Origin: an uncultured Lentisphaeraceae bacterium
GTDB lineage: Bacteria > Verrucomicrobiota > Kiritimatiellia > RFP12 > DVOR01
NCBI GenBank assembly: GCA_949288955.1
Contig: CASEMS010000010.1
Span: forward strand, 33,696 to 97,695
Length of the DNA stretch: 64,000 nt
Direction: 5' to 3'
Shown piece by piece: positions 7,788 to 15,313 of the stretch. The notes beneath the pieces are model-generated. The model had not been told where the DNA came from. It saw only the letters and a program-made list of their open reading frames with translations, and did no database searches. Each line of letters starts with the position of its first letter. The stretch's first letter is position 1. The position numbers and the translations under genes were made by a program.

Positions 7788-10700
7788 TCACTCGGGGAGG
7801 CGGAGGATGAGGGTGCGCATGGTGGGCGCGGTGAGGCGGCGATCCAGCTCGATGAGGGCGGGGAACTGCCAGGCGTCGAGGAGGGCCGTGGCGCGGTCGG
7901 TGGTGGCGGTGTAGGTGAGGCGCACCCAGCCGGTGGGCGTGACGGACTGCTCGCAGGTGAGGGAGGCCTGGCCGCCGCCGGGGAAGCTGACGGTGAAGGG
8001 CTCGGGCTTGGAGAGGATCTCGGAGCCGGGGGGGAGCCACAGGTCGAGGGTGCGGCGGGCGCCCTCGACGCCGGTCTGCCAGATGGGGTTCTCGCGGGTG
8101 ACGCCGCGGAGGCCGTAGGCGGCGGCGGTGAGGTTCTGGATGGGCAGGGCCAGGAGGCGGCCGCGGCGCTGGGCGTAGGCCTTGGCCTCGACGGCGAGGC
8201 GCGCGCGGGTGGGGTAGGCGCGGGTGTCGACGGTGTACTCGCTGACGGGGGTGGCGCCGGAGGCGAGGGCCTCGGCGAGGGCGGCGACGGCGCGGCGGCG
8301 GTGCTCGGGGGTGATGTCGCGCTCGACCTGGCGGGTGATGCCCGCGAGGGCACCCCAGCACCGGGTGGTGCCGGCGATGGTGGCGTCGCCGTTGGGCTGG
8401 AGGACGAGGACGGTGTCGGTCTCGGTGCGGGTGCGGAGCGCCTTGGGCGCGGCGTAGAGGGTGCGGCCCTCGGCGGTCATGAGGGCGCAGGAGCCGCGGT
8501 TGGCGGAGCCGGGCTCGGCGAGCTCGGCCTCGTCGCCCACGAGGCGGCCGTCGGGCAGCAGGAGGTAGGGCGTCGTCCAGCGCGACCACATGGGCACCTG
8601 GCGGAGGGCGAGGCGCTCGCCGAAGCGCAGCTCGGTCTCGAGGGTCTGGTCGTTGGCGAAGACGAGCTGGGCCTCGATGTCGGCGGCGCGCAGGAGGGCG
8701 AGCCAGAGGGTGAGGCGGTCGAGGCGGTTGCCGTAGCCCTCGGCGAGGGTGGCGGCGGGCGGCGTGAGGGTGCCCCAGCGGAGGGACTCCCAGGCGGGCC
8801 CGGCCTGGCGGATGTTCTTGGCCATGAAGGCCTGGATGGCGCGCAGGCGGCCCTCCAGGTCATCGCCGTCCAACGCCTCGGTGAGGCGCTCGGCGGTCTC
8901 CTCGACGCTCTCGCCGGGCTCGTCGGCGGCGGCGTCGGCCTGCTTGGCGAGCGCGGGGAGGACGCGGTGGGCGGCGGCGTCGCGCAGGGCCAGGTGGAGG
9001 GTCGGGCGGATGAGGGGCGCGGCGGGGATGGCGGCCTCGGGCTTGGTGGCGGGGAGATCGCGCACGACCCAGGCGCGGGTGACCTGCGTGCCGTTGGTGA
9101 CGACGGTGCGGGAGACGGCGGCGTCGGCGAAGTTGCGCTCGGCGATGCGGAGCTGGCCGTCGAGCGCCACGGGGAGGGTGAGCGTGTAGCGGTCCTCGCG
9201 GGTGGGGTAGGCGCCGGAGCCGAAGGTCACGGTCTGGGCGAAGGGCCCGCCGGCCTCGGTGGTGGTGGTCACGTCCACGTGGGTCACGGCGCCGACGTCC
9301 ACGGCGGGCAGGGAGAGGACGGTCTGGCGGAAGGCGGGGTAGCGGGGCGCGAGGGCGGCGCCGTCGGCGTCCAGGCGGGAGATCTCCTTCTCGGTGATGG
9401 GCACGCGGTCGCCGGTGGCGGTGGTGACCGTGACGGCGTTGAGGGCGAGGGTCTGGGTGTCGGGGTTGTGATAGAGGGTGACCTCGCCGTTCTCGCGCTT
9501 GCCCTGGAAGGTGAGGATGCGCTTGTCGGAGACGGTGCGGGTGGTGCGCGTGCCGTCCTCGGCGATCGTCTCCTCCACGGCGCTGAGGAGCACCTCGGCG
9601 TCCACGTCCCGCTCGGCGTCGCGGGTGAAGAGGGGGCGCAGGCTCTCGACGCGGCTCATGCGCTCCTTGAAGCGGCGGAGGGCGCGGTAGTCCTCGGGCG
9701 TGTAGACCTTGTGGGAGAGGACGAGCTCGCGGGTGAGGGTGAGGTCGCCGTTCTCGGCGCGGCGGCAGACGATGTCGAAGGAGGCGCCGTTGGCCTTGAG
9801 GATGGGGTCGTCGGGGAGCAGCTCGGCCTTGCCGAGGCGGCCGACGCCGCGGAGGGTGAGGGTCTCGCGGACGCCGCAGGGCGCCTCGATCTCCCAGTCA
9901 TACTTGCGCGTGGGCTGGTCGAGGCCGTTGAAGAGGAAGTTGATGACGCCGACGGCGCGGCTGAGGAAGGGGAGGGTGACGAGCGTCCGCCCCTTGGCGT
10001 CGGGCACGCCGAAGGCGGGCACGCGGCCCTTGACGCGGACGACGAGGGGCTGGGAGATGTCCTTCGGGTCCTTCGGGGCGATGTCCAGCTCCTCCAGCTC
10101 GGCGCCGGGGGCGGCGCGCTTGAGGAGGCCGTCGAACATGTCGCGGATGGTCTCGGGCTGGGTGCGGACGAAGGCGGAGCGGTAGGCGTTGTCGTTCACG
10201 CCGCCGAAGCGGATGGTGGATTCGAGCGCCAGGTCGCCGGAGGCGTCGAGCGTGCCGACGGTCTCCACCTCGGCCATGTTCTTCTCGGGGCCGGGGACGG
10301 GCACCTGGCGGAGGTCCTCGCCCTCGGGGCGGCAGACGAGGAAGGAGCAGTTGCTGAGGTAGGCGGGCAGCTCGGCGCGGGCGGTGTCGTCGGTCGGGTC
10401 CAGCAGGCGGTAGTTGCGGTTGCCCTCGTCGATGGCCACGACCGCGTGGTTGAAGTAGGGCACGGGCACCTCGCGGTCGCGGGGGCTGCCGGCGTGGATG
10501 AGCACGGGATAGGCGTCGATGCCGGCCTTGCGGAACATGGCCACCAGGAGGGCGCCCTTGTCGCGGCAGACGCCGTAACGGTTGTCGAAGGTGAGGGAGA
10601 CGTCGTGCGGCTCGTAGCCAGGGGCGGTGTCCTCGGCGATGATGCCCATGTAGCGGATGCCTTGGGCGACGAAGCCGAAGAGCGCCTCGATCTGCTCCTC

Positions 10701-11612
10701 GCGGCTCTTGCCCTCGGTCAGCTCCCGAACCTTGGCGTCGATGGCCGGGGTGGTGGCCAGGTGCCTCTCGCAGAGGCCCCAATACCACTTGGAGATCTCC
10801 TCCCACGTGGAGAAGGTGGAGACGGAGACGCGCTGGAGGGTGACGAAGCGGTCGGGCATCTTGTCCTCGGCGAAGCTCTGGGGCACGTCGCGCGCCACCC
10901 AGCGGTGGAGGGTGCGGCCGTCGGCCAGCGTCTCACGGCTGGCGGTGACGGTGCCGGGCACCTCGTCGATCAGCGCCGAGGCGCGCAGCGGCAGCTCCTT
11001 GGGCGCCACGATGGTCATCTCCGCATACGGCACCGGGCCCTCGAAGCTCTCGAAGACGCAGAGGTTGGAGAAGGTGTCGGGGATGCGCGGGCGCACCGTG
11101 CGCATGGCGGCCACCACGTGCAGCGTGTCCCCCACCGACACCTTCGGCACGGTCAGCACCAGGTTCTTCATCGAGGGGTCGTAGATGTTCGCGTCGTGGC
11201 TGTCGTTGCTCGTGGCGATGGAGAGGTTCGCCTCCAGGTCTATCGGCGTCACCGTGCCATCGGGGGAGACGATCTCCGCCTGCAGGAAGTGGGATTCCGA
11301 CCACCCCTCCCGGAACCAAAGCGGCATCGTGCGCAGCTCCTTCGCCCCCGGCTCCGTCAGCGCCTTCGTCCAGAACTCGAACCACGTGGTGTCCGTGCCG
11401 TCGGGGGCGTACTCCACCCACTGCGCCTCCGCCACCGTCAGCGTGTCGGCGTCCGGCGCCGTGGCGCGCGTCGCGGCCGCCGCGCGCGCCATCGCCTCCG
11501 CCCGGTCCAACGTCTTGGGCATCGCCGGGAACGCCGCCCAGCCCCACGCCGCCACGACCGCCACGGCCGCCGCGGACAGCCAAACTCGTGCATGCATCGC
11601 AACTCCGTTCAT
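7788..11612 (-). CDS. Large secreted DUF3857/transglutaminase-like (cysteine-protease-fold) protein with a duplicated, degenerate second TGase-like core
   Basis: An SD GGAGAAAGG sits 9 nt upstream of MNGVAMHARVWLSAAAVAVVAAWG (signal peptide). The core GIRYMGIIAEDTAPGYEPHDVSLTFDNRYGVCRDKGALLVAMFRKAGIDAYPV is a transglutaminase-like Cys motif. A second TGase-like segment (GYGNRLDRLTLWLALLRAADIEAQLV) lacks the Cys. Confidence 0.6.
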   Translation of the reverse strand: MNGVAMHARVWLSAAAVAVVAAWGWAAFPAMPKTLDRAEAMARAAAATRATAPDADTLTVAEAQWVEYAPDGTDTTWFEFWTKALTEPGAKELRTMPLWFREGWSESHFLQAEIVSPDGTVTPIDLEANLSIATSNDSHDANIYDPSMKNLVLTVPKVSVGDTLHVVAAMRTVRPRIPDTFSNLCVFESFEGPVPYAEMTIVAPKELPLRASALIDEVPGTVTASRETLADGRTLHRWVARDVPQSFAEDKMPDRFVTLQRVSVSTFSTWEEISKWYWGLCERHLATTPAIDAKVRELTEGKSREEQIEALFGFVAQGIRYMGIIAEDTAPGYEPHDVSLTFDNRYGVCRDKGALLVAMFRKAGIDAYPVLIHAGSPRDREVPVPYFNHAVVAIDEGNRNYRLLDPTDDTARAELPAYLSNCSFLVCRPEGEDLRQVPVPGPEKNMAEVETVGTLDASGDLALESTIRFGGVNDNAYRSAFVRTQPETIRDMFDGLLKRAAPGAELEELDIAPKDPKDISQPLVVRVKGRVPAFGVPDAKGRTLVTLPFLSRAVGVINFLFNGLDQPTRKYDWEIEAPCGVRETLTLRGVGRLGKAELLPDDPILKANGASFDIVCRRAENGDLTLTRELVLSHKVYTPEDYRALRRFKERMSRVESLRPLFTRDAERDVDAEVLLSAVEETIAEDGTRTTRTVSDKRILTFQGKRENGEVTLYHNPDTQTLALNAVTVTTATGDRVPITEKEISRLDADGAALAPRYPAFRQTVLSLPAVDVGAVTHVDVTTTTEAGGPFAQTVTFGSGAYPTREDRYTLTLPVALDGQLRIAERNFADAAVSRTVVTNGTQVTRAWVVRDLPATKPEAAIPAAPLIRPTLHLALRDAAAHRVLPALAKQADAAADEPGESVEETAERLTEALDGDDLEGRLRAIQAFMAKNIRQAGPAWESLRWGTLTPPAATLAEGYGNRLDRLTLWLALLRAADIEAQLVFANDQTLETELRFGERLALRQVPMWSRWTTPYLLLPDGRLVGDEAELAEPGSANRGSCALMTAEGRTLYAAPKALRTRTETDTVLVLQPNGDATIAGTTRCWGALAGITRQVERDITPEHRRRAVAALAEALASGATPVSEYTVDTRAYPTRARLAVEAKAYAQRRGRLLALPIQNLTAAAYGLRGVTRENPIWQTGVEGARRTLDLWLPPGSEILSKPEPFTVSFPGGGQASLTCEQSVTPTGWVRLTYTATTDRATALLDAWQFPALIELDRRLTAPTMRTLILRLPE

Positions 11613-11685
11613 GGTAAGCAACCTTTCTCCCCTCATCATAACACATCCCCCCCGCCCTTGGGAAGCCCCCCCAAACGCACCCGGC

Positions 11686-11783
11686 GGGGGATTTACACCG
11701 CAAAGACGCAAGGGGGCGCGGGAGGCTCGCGGGCTAACGCCGGTCGCTCTGCGGGCTGCGCCCGCTGACCGCTCCCTACCGCG
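11686..11783 (+). repeat. ~95-bp dispersed intergenic element, copy A (also 31321-31413 in + orientation, 58025-58112 in reverse)
   Basis: gatttacaccgcaaagacgcaagggggcgcgggaggctcgcgggctaacgccggtcgctctgcgggctgcgcccgctgaccgctccctaccgc is near-identical to the other two copies. Confidence 0.75.
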
Positions 11784-11788
11784 CAATC

Positions 11789-11822
11789 GGAAGTTCGGAA
11801 GGTTGGAGGCTTGGAGGCTTGG
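11789..11822. repeat. Octamer AGGCTTGG tandem array, copy 2 (abuts the CRISPR-like array)
   Basis: ggaagttcggaaggttggaggcttggaggcttgg. Confidence 0.75.
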
Positions 11823-12026
11823 CCGCGCACGCGCGGGGCATCGGGAGCGCGTCGCGCTCTTCGGAGGTCAGGACGGGGCTTGGCCGCGCACGCGCGGGGC
11901 ATCGACCCCCACAGCCGCACCGCCGTCATGGCGGCGAGGCTTGGCCGCGCACGCGCGGGGCATCGTCTTAGGCCCAACGTCATTCCATATTTGATTCTGG
12001 CTTGGCCGCGCACGCGCGGGGCATCG
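11816..12026 (+). CRISPR. Orphan CRISPR-like mini-array: 4 x 28-nt repeat GGCTTGGCCGCGCACGCGCGGGGCATCG with 3 x 33-nt unique spacers; no cas genes in window
   Basis: Repeats lie at 11816-11843, 11877-11904, 11938-11965 and 11999-12026 and are identical. Spacers lie at 11844-11876, 11905-11937 and 11966-11998. The repeat contains the palindrome CCGCGC-ac-GCGCGG. Spacer 3 (tcttaggcccaacgtcattccatatttgattct) is ~39% GC against ~70% for the genome. Caveat: a partial repeat copy in reverse orientation (58108-58125) sits next to octamer repeats at another locus, so this may be a tandemly expanded REP/MITE-type element. Confidence 0.4.
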
Positions 12027-12039
12027 CCATCCCTCCCCG

Positions 12040-12118
12040 GCTCGGCCGCTAAGACTGGGAGAGTCGGCGGCTGATCCACCCCGACTCGGGGGCTAAGCCA
12101 CCGAGACTTAGCGGCTGA
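12040..12118. repeat. 22-bp REP-like tandem family (GAGGTGGATCAGCCGCCGAGCC-type), locus 2
   Basis: gtcggcggctgatccaccccgactcgggggctaagccaccgagacttagcggctgagg. Related units also occur at 221-312, 12521-12602, 22619-22684, 31636-31722, 40566-40626 and 57643-57740. Confidence 0.75.
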
Positions 12119-12135
12119 GGCTTCCCAACCCGCCT

Positions 12136-12240
12136 GCCAGGACATCTAGGACGGCTAGGACCTCTAGGACATCTGGGACGCTCGCCCTGTACGCCGCCGT
12201 CCTAGTCGTCCTAGCTGTCCTGGTTGTCCTAGCTGTCCCT
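12136..12240. repeat. Long imperfect hairpin built from five 9-mer tandem units (CTAGGACNN) and their inverted complement
   Basis: Left arm ccaggacatctaggacggctaggacctctaggacatctgggacg; loop ~15 nt; right arm cgtcctagtcgtcctagctgtcctggttgtcctagctgtccc. Confidence 0.7.
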
Positions 12241-12379
12241 TCCCTGCGGCGTGCCTATAGGCGCGTCCGCAGGACGCGCCCGGGGGTGCAGGGTGCCTTG
12301 CACCCTGCCGGGGGCCTTGGGGCGGCGCCCCCATTCCCCAAAAGACCTCCGCTCGTCCAAAGGCGGATCTGTCGCCGTC

Positions 12380-12505
12380 TCTCGGTGTCTCGGCCCCCGA
12401 GGCGCGAAGGCGGCGGGCGGGAGGGCGAAGCAAGGGGGCGTCTCCGCCCCCGCCGCGTTCGCCCGGCGTTAGCCCGCCGTCCTTCGCGCGCCCTCGCGCC
12501 CTCGC
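12380..12505 (+). repeat. ~120-bp dispersed element, copy 1 (reverse-orientation copy at ~57765-57885)
   Basis: gaaggcggcgggcgggagggcgaag...ccgccgcgttcgcccggcgttagcccgccgtccttcgcgcgccctcgcgccctcgcgg is ~90% identical to the reverse complement of 57771-57885. Confidence 0.65.
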
Positions 12506-12635
12506 GGAAAAGAAGCCCCCGGCGGCCGACCCACCCCGGCTCGGCGGCTAAGTCTCCTCGGCTCGGCGGCTGATCCACCGAGACTCAGCCGCCGAGTCTC
12601 CGCGAGAGCGCGGGCGCGACGGACGGGGCGGGCTG

Positions 12636-12644
12636 TGCTATACT
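12636..12644 (+). promoter_or_regulatory. Extended -10 promoter (TGCTATACT) 8 nt upstream of the rsmI ATG; likely leaderless transcript
   Basis: ggctgTGcTATACTaatgggtcATG; the same architecture occurs at guaA (26371-26379) and at the 3034 gene (3016-3026). Confidence 0.45.
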
Positions 12645-12652
12645 AATGGGTC

Positions 12653-13375
12653 ATGGATTTGGTTGCGCAGCTGTACGTGGTGGCGACGCCGCTCGGGAAC
12701 CTGGGGGATCTCACCCCGCGGGCGCGGGAGGTGTTGGCTGCGGCGCGGGCCATCGCCTGCGAGGACACGCGCAGGACGTGGCAGCTGCTCTCGGCGCTGG
12801 GAATCCCGAGGCCGGAGCTCTTCTCCTACCGCCAGGGGAACGAGGAGGGCGTGTCGCGCCGGATCGTGGGGCTGGTGCGGGCCGGGACGGCGGTGGCGCT
12901 CTGCTCGGACGGGGGCTACCCGGGGATCAGCGACCCGGGCTACCGCGTGCTGCGGGCCTTCGCGGGGGAGGGGCTGCCGTGGACGGTGCTGCCGGGGCCG
13001 TGCAGCGTGGAGCTGGCGCTCCTGCTCTCGGGCCTGCCCACCTCCAGCTACACCTTCAAGGGCTTCCCGCCGCGCAAGCCCGGGGCCCTGCGCCGTTGGT
13101 TCGGGGAGGAGGCCGCCGCCCGCCACACGTTGGTGGGCCTGGAATCGCCCTTCCGCATCGGCGCGACGCTGCGGGCGGCGCTGGAGGCGCTGGGGGACCG
13201 GGAGGCGGCGGTCTGCCTGGAGATGACCAAGGCCCACGAGCGGGTGGAGCGGGGGACGCTCGCGGCGCTGGCCGAGCGTTTCGCGGGGCCGCCGCCGAAG
13301 GGGGAGCTGACGTTCGTGATCGCGGGGGCGAACCCGAAGTTCGATCATTCCAAGGAGGACGGGACGGATGCGTAA
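12653..13375 (+). CDS. rsmI: 16S rRNA (cytidine1402-2'-O)-methyltransferase RsmI
   Basis: MDLVAQLYVVATPLGNLGDLTPRAREVL...LCSDGGYPGISDPGY are typical RsmI (tetrapyrrole-methylase fold) motifs; 240 aa. Confidence 0.85.
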   Translation: MDLVAQLYVVATPLGNLGDLTPRAREVLAAARAIACEDTRRTWQLLSALGIPRPELFSYRQGNEEGVSRRIVGLVRAGTAVALCSDGGYPGISDPGYRVLRAFAGEGLPWTVLPGPCSVELALLLSGLPTSSYTFKGFPPRKPGALRRWFGEEAAARHTLVGLESPFRIGATLRAALEALGDREAAVCLEMTKAHERVERGTLAALAERFAGPPPKGELTFVIAGANPKFDHSKEDGTDA

Positions 13376-14465
13376 AGGTTGGTTGGCGGCGGTGACGATG
13401 GCGTGCCTGGCGATGGCGGCGGCGCGGGGGGACACGATCCACACGGTGACGGACGACGTGATCCACGGCACCATCCAGCGCATCCGGAACGGGAAGGTCG
13501 TCATCGAGACCGCCTTCGCCGGCACCCTCCGCATCCCGCGCGACCAGATCGCGCGCCTGGAGTATGACACGGACAAGCCGCTCTACGCGCGCCTGAACCC
13601 GGAGGACAAGGCCAAGGAGGAGGTGCGCCTCTCCCACGACGCCGAGGGCAACCCCGTCCTCATCCCCGTGGCCGACAAGACCAAGGCCCTGGCCCTGGGC
13701 GAGGTGGCGACGCTCTGGCCGACGGACGGCACGGACCCCGACTTCCCGCCCATCAAGCGCTGGGCCTTCAGCCTCAGCGTGGGCGTCACGGGCAACGCCG
13801 GCAACACCAAGGACTTCTCCCTCTCCCTCTACGCCGACGCCGTGCGCTCCACCGAGGCCACCACCCTCAAGCTCTATGGCTCGATGGGCAAGACCCGCAG
13901 CGAGCACGCCCTCACCGCCGAGCAATACATCGGCGGGCTGGACTTCGAGCACCGCCCCACCGACATCGTCTCCTGGTACGTCCGCGACGAGGCCCAGCAC
14001 AACCGCTTCAGCGACTACTGGCTGCGCAACGTCGCCGCCGCCGGCTACGGCCACTACCTCATCAACCGCAGCGACCACGGCCGCGAGACCAAGCTCCGCC
14101 TCCGCCTCGGCCTCTCCCACGCCCTCACCGTCCACTACACCAAGAGCTTCCCCGGCTCGCAGAGCCGCTGGCGCGAGAGCGACATGGCGCTGGACCTGGG
14201 CTTCCTCTTCCACCACGACTTCAAGGGCGGGCTCGGCTGGAACACCGAGATCACCTTCAACCCCCTCATCGACGACCTCTGCGAAGGCACCCTCGTCCAC
14301 GAGACGCGCATCACCTACACCCTCCGCGAGCTCCGCCGCATCCACCGCCGCCTCGCGGACATCGCCCTGGAGATGGGCATGCGCAACGAGTTCAAGACCG
14401 ACCCCGACCCCGGCTACTGCAACACCGACACCTCCTGGTACATCCGCCTGAGCAAATCCTGGTAA
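13368..14465 (+). CDS. DUF481 (YdiY-like) outer-membrane beta-barrel protein
   Basis: A signal peptide MRKGWLAAVTMACLAMAAARG is followed by alternating amphipathic beta-strand patterns (FSLSVGVTGNAGNTKDFSLSLYADA...), ~365 aa. The DUF481 assignment is from memory of family features. Confidence 0.45.
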   Translation: MRKGWLAAVTMACLAMAAARGDTIHTVTDDVIHGTIQRIRNGKVVIETAFAGTLRIPRDQIARLEYDTDKPLYARLNPEDKAKEEVRLSHDAEGNPVLIPVADKTKALALGEVATLWPTDGTDPDFPPIKRWAFSLSVGVTGNAGNTKDFSLSLYADAVRSTEATTLKLYGSMGKTRSEHALTAEQYIGGLDFEHRPTDIVSWYVRDEAQHNRFSDYWLRNVAAAGYGHYLINRSDHGRETKLRLRLGLSHALTVHYTKSFPGSQSRWRESDMALDLGFLFHHDFKGGLGWNTEITFNPLIDDLCEGTLVHETRITYTLRELRRIHRRLADIALEMGMRNEFKTDPDPGYCNTDTSWYIRLSKSW

Positions 14466-14480
14466 CGAAGGAGCCCCACC

Positions 14481-15200
14481 ATGCAACCGATCAAGCTGGG
14501 CGTGAACATCGACCACGCCGCCACCCTCCGCCAAGCCCGCGGCGTCGACTACCCCGACCTCGCCGCCATCGCCGCCCTCGCCGAGCAGGCCGGCGCCCAC
14601 GGCATCACCATCCACCTCCGCGAGGACCGCCGCCACATCCAGGACGCCGACGTCTACCGCCTCCGCAAGACCCTCGCCACCCGCATGAACCTCGAGATGG
14701 CCAACAACCCCGACGTCCTCCGCGTCGCCCTCGACGTCGTGCCCGACGAGGTCTGCCTCGTCCCCGAGCGCCGCCAGGAGCTCACCACCGAGGGCGGCCT
14801 CGACGCCGCCGGCCAGCTCGAAAGCCTCCGCCCCACCGTCCGGGCCCTCGCCGCGCAAGGCACCCAGGTCTCCCTCTTCCTCGCCCCCGACCGCCGCCAG
14901 CTCGAGGCCGCCGCCGCGCTCGGCGCGCCCTACGTCGAGCTCCACACCGGCGCCTACGCCAACGCCGCCGGAGACGCCCTCGCGCGCGAGCTCGACGCCC
15001 TCCACGACGCCGCCGCCTACGCCGACACCCTCGGCCTCAAGGTCAACGCCGGCCACGGCCTCACCATGGCCAACGTTAAGCCCCTCCTCGACATCCCCAA
15101 CCTCGACACCCTCAACATCGGCCACTCCATCATCGCCCACGCCCTCACCGTCGGCATCGCCCAGGCCGTCCGCGACATGCTCGCCGCCATCGCCCGGTGA
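14481..15200 (+). CDS. pdxJ: Pyridoxine 5'-phosphate synthase PdxJ
   Basis: MQPIKLGVNIDHAATLRQARG...ITIHLREDRRHIQD...ELHTGAYA...VNAGHGL is the canonical PdxJ sequence; 239 aa. Confidence 0.9.
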   Translation: MQPIKLGVNIDHAATLRQARGVDYPDLAAIAALAEQAGAHGITIHLREDRRHIQDADVYRLRKTLATRMNLEMANNPDVLRVALDVVPDEVCLVPERRQELTTEGGLDAAGQLESLRPTVRALAAQGTQVSLFLAPDRRQLEAAAALGAPYVELHTGAYANAAGDALARELDALHDAAAYADTLGLKVNAGHGLTMANVKPLLDIPNLDTLNIGHSIIAHALTVGIAQAVRDMLAAIAR

Positions 15201-15204
15201 CAAA

Positions 15205-15306
15205 GGAAGTTCGGAGGCTTGGAGGCTTGGAAGTTTGGCGGCGCGACGCCACCCCCGCACCAAGCCACCAAGCCTCCAAGCCTCCAAACCTCCAAGCCTC
15301 CAATCC
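15205..15306. repeat. Octamer AGGCTTGG inverted tandem array, copy 3 (between pdxJ and tgt)
   Basis: ggaagttcggaggcttggaggcttggaagtttgg ... caagccaccaagcctccaagcctccaaacctccaagcctccaatcc. Confidence 0.8.
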
Positions 15307-15313
15307 CCCCGCC

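Noticed and set aside
6618-11768. 1716-aa plus-strand ORF across tsaD and the DUF3857 gene
   Set aside because: It is antisense to two well-supported minus-strand genes and has a low-complexity GEGA-rich translation with no start context.
11816-12026. Treating the 28-nt repeat array as a confident CRISPR locus with a type assignment
   Set aside because: There are no cas genes in the window and the repeat shares sequence with a dispersed element (octamer family; partial copy at 58108-58125). It is kept as CRISPR-like at confidence 0.4, without type inference.
15197-15313. N-terminal 39-codon extension of tgt (MTKEVRRLGGLEVWRR...KPPNLQASNPP)
   Set aside because: The extension is encoded entirely by the octamer repeat element. 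The conserved Tgt N-terminus begins at the ATG at 15314, which was chosen as the start.
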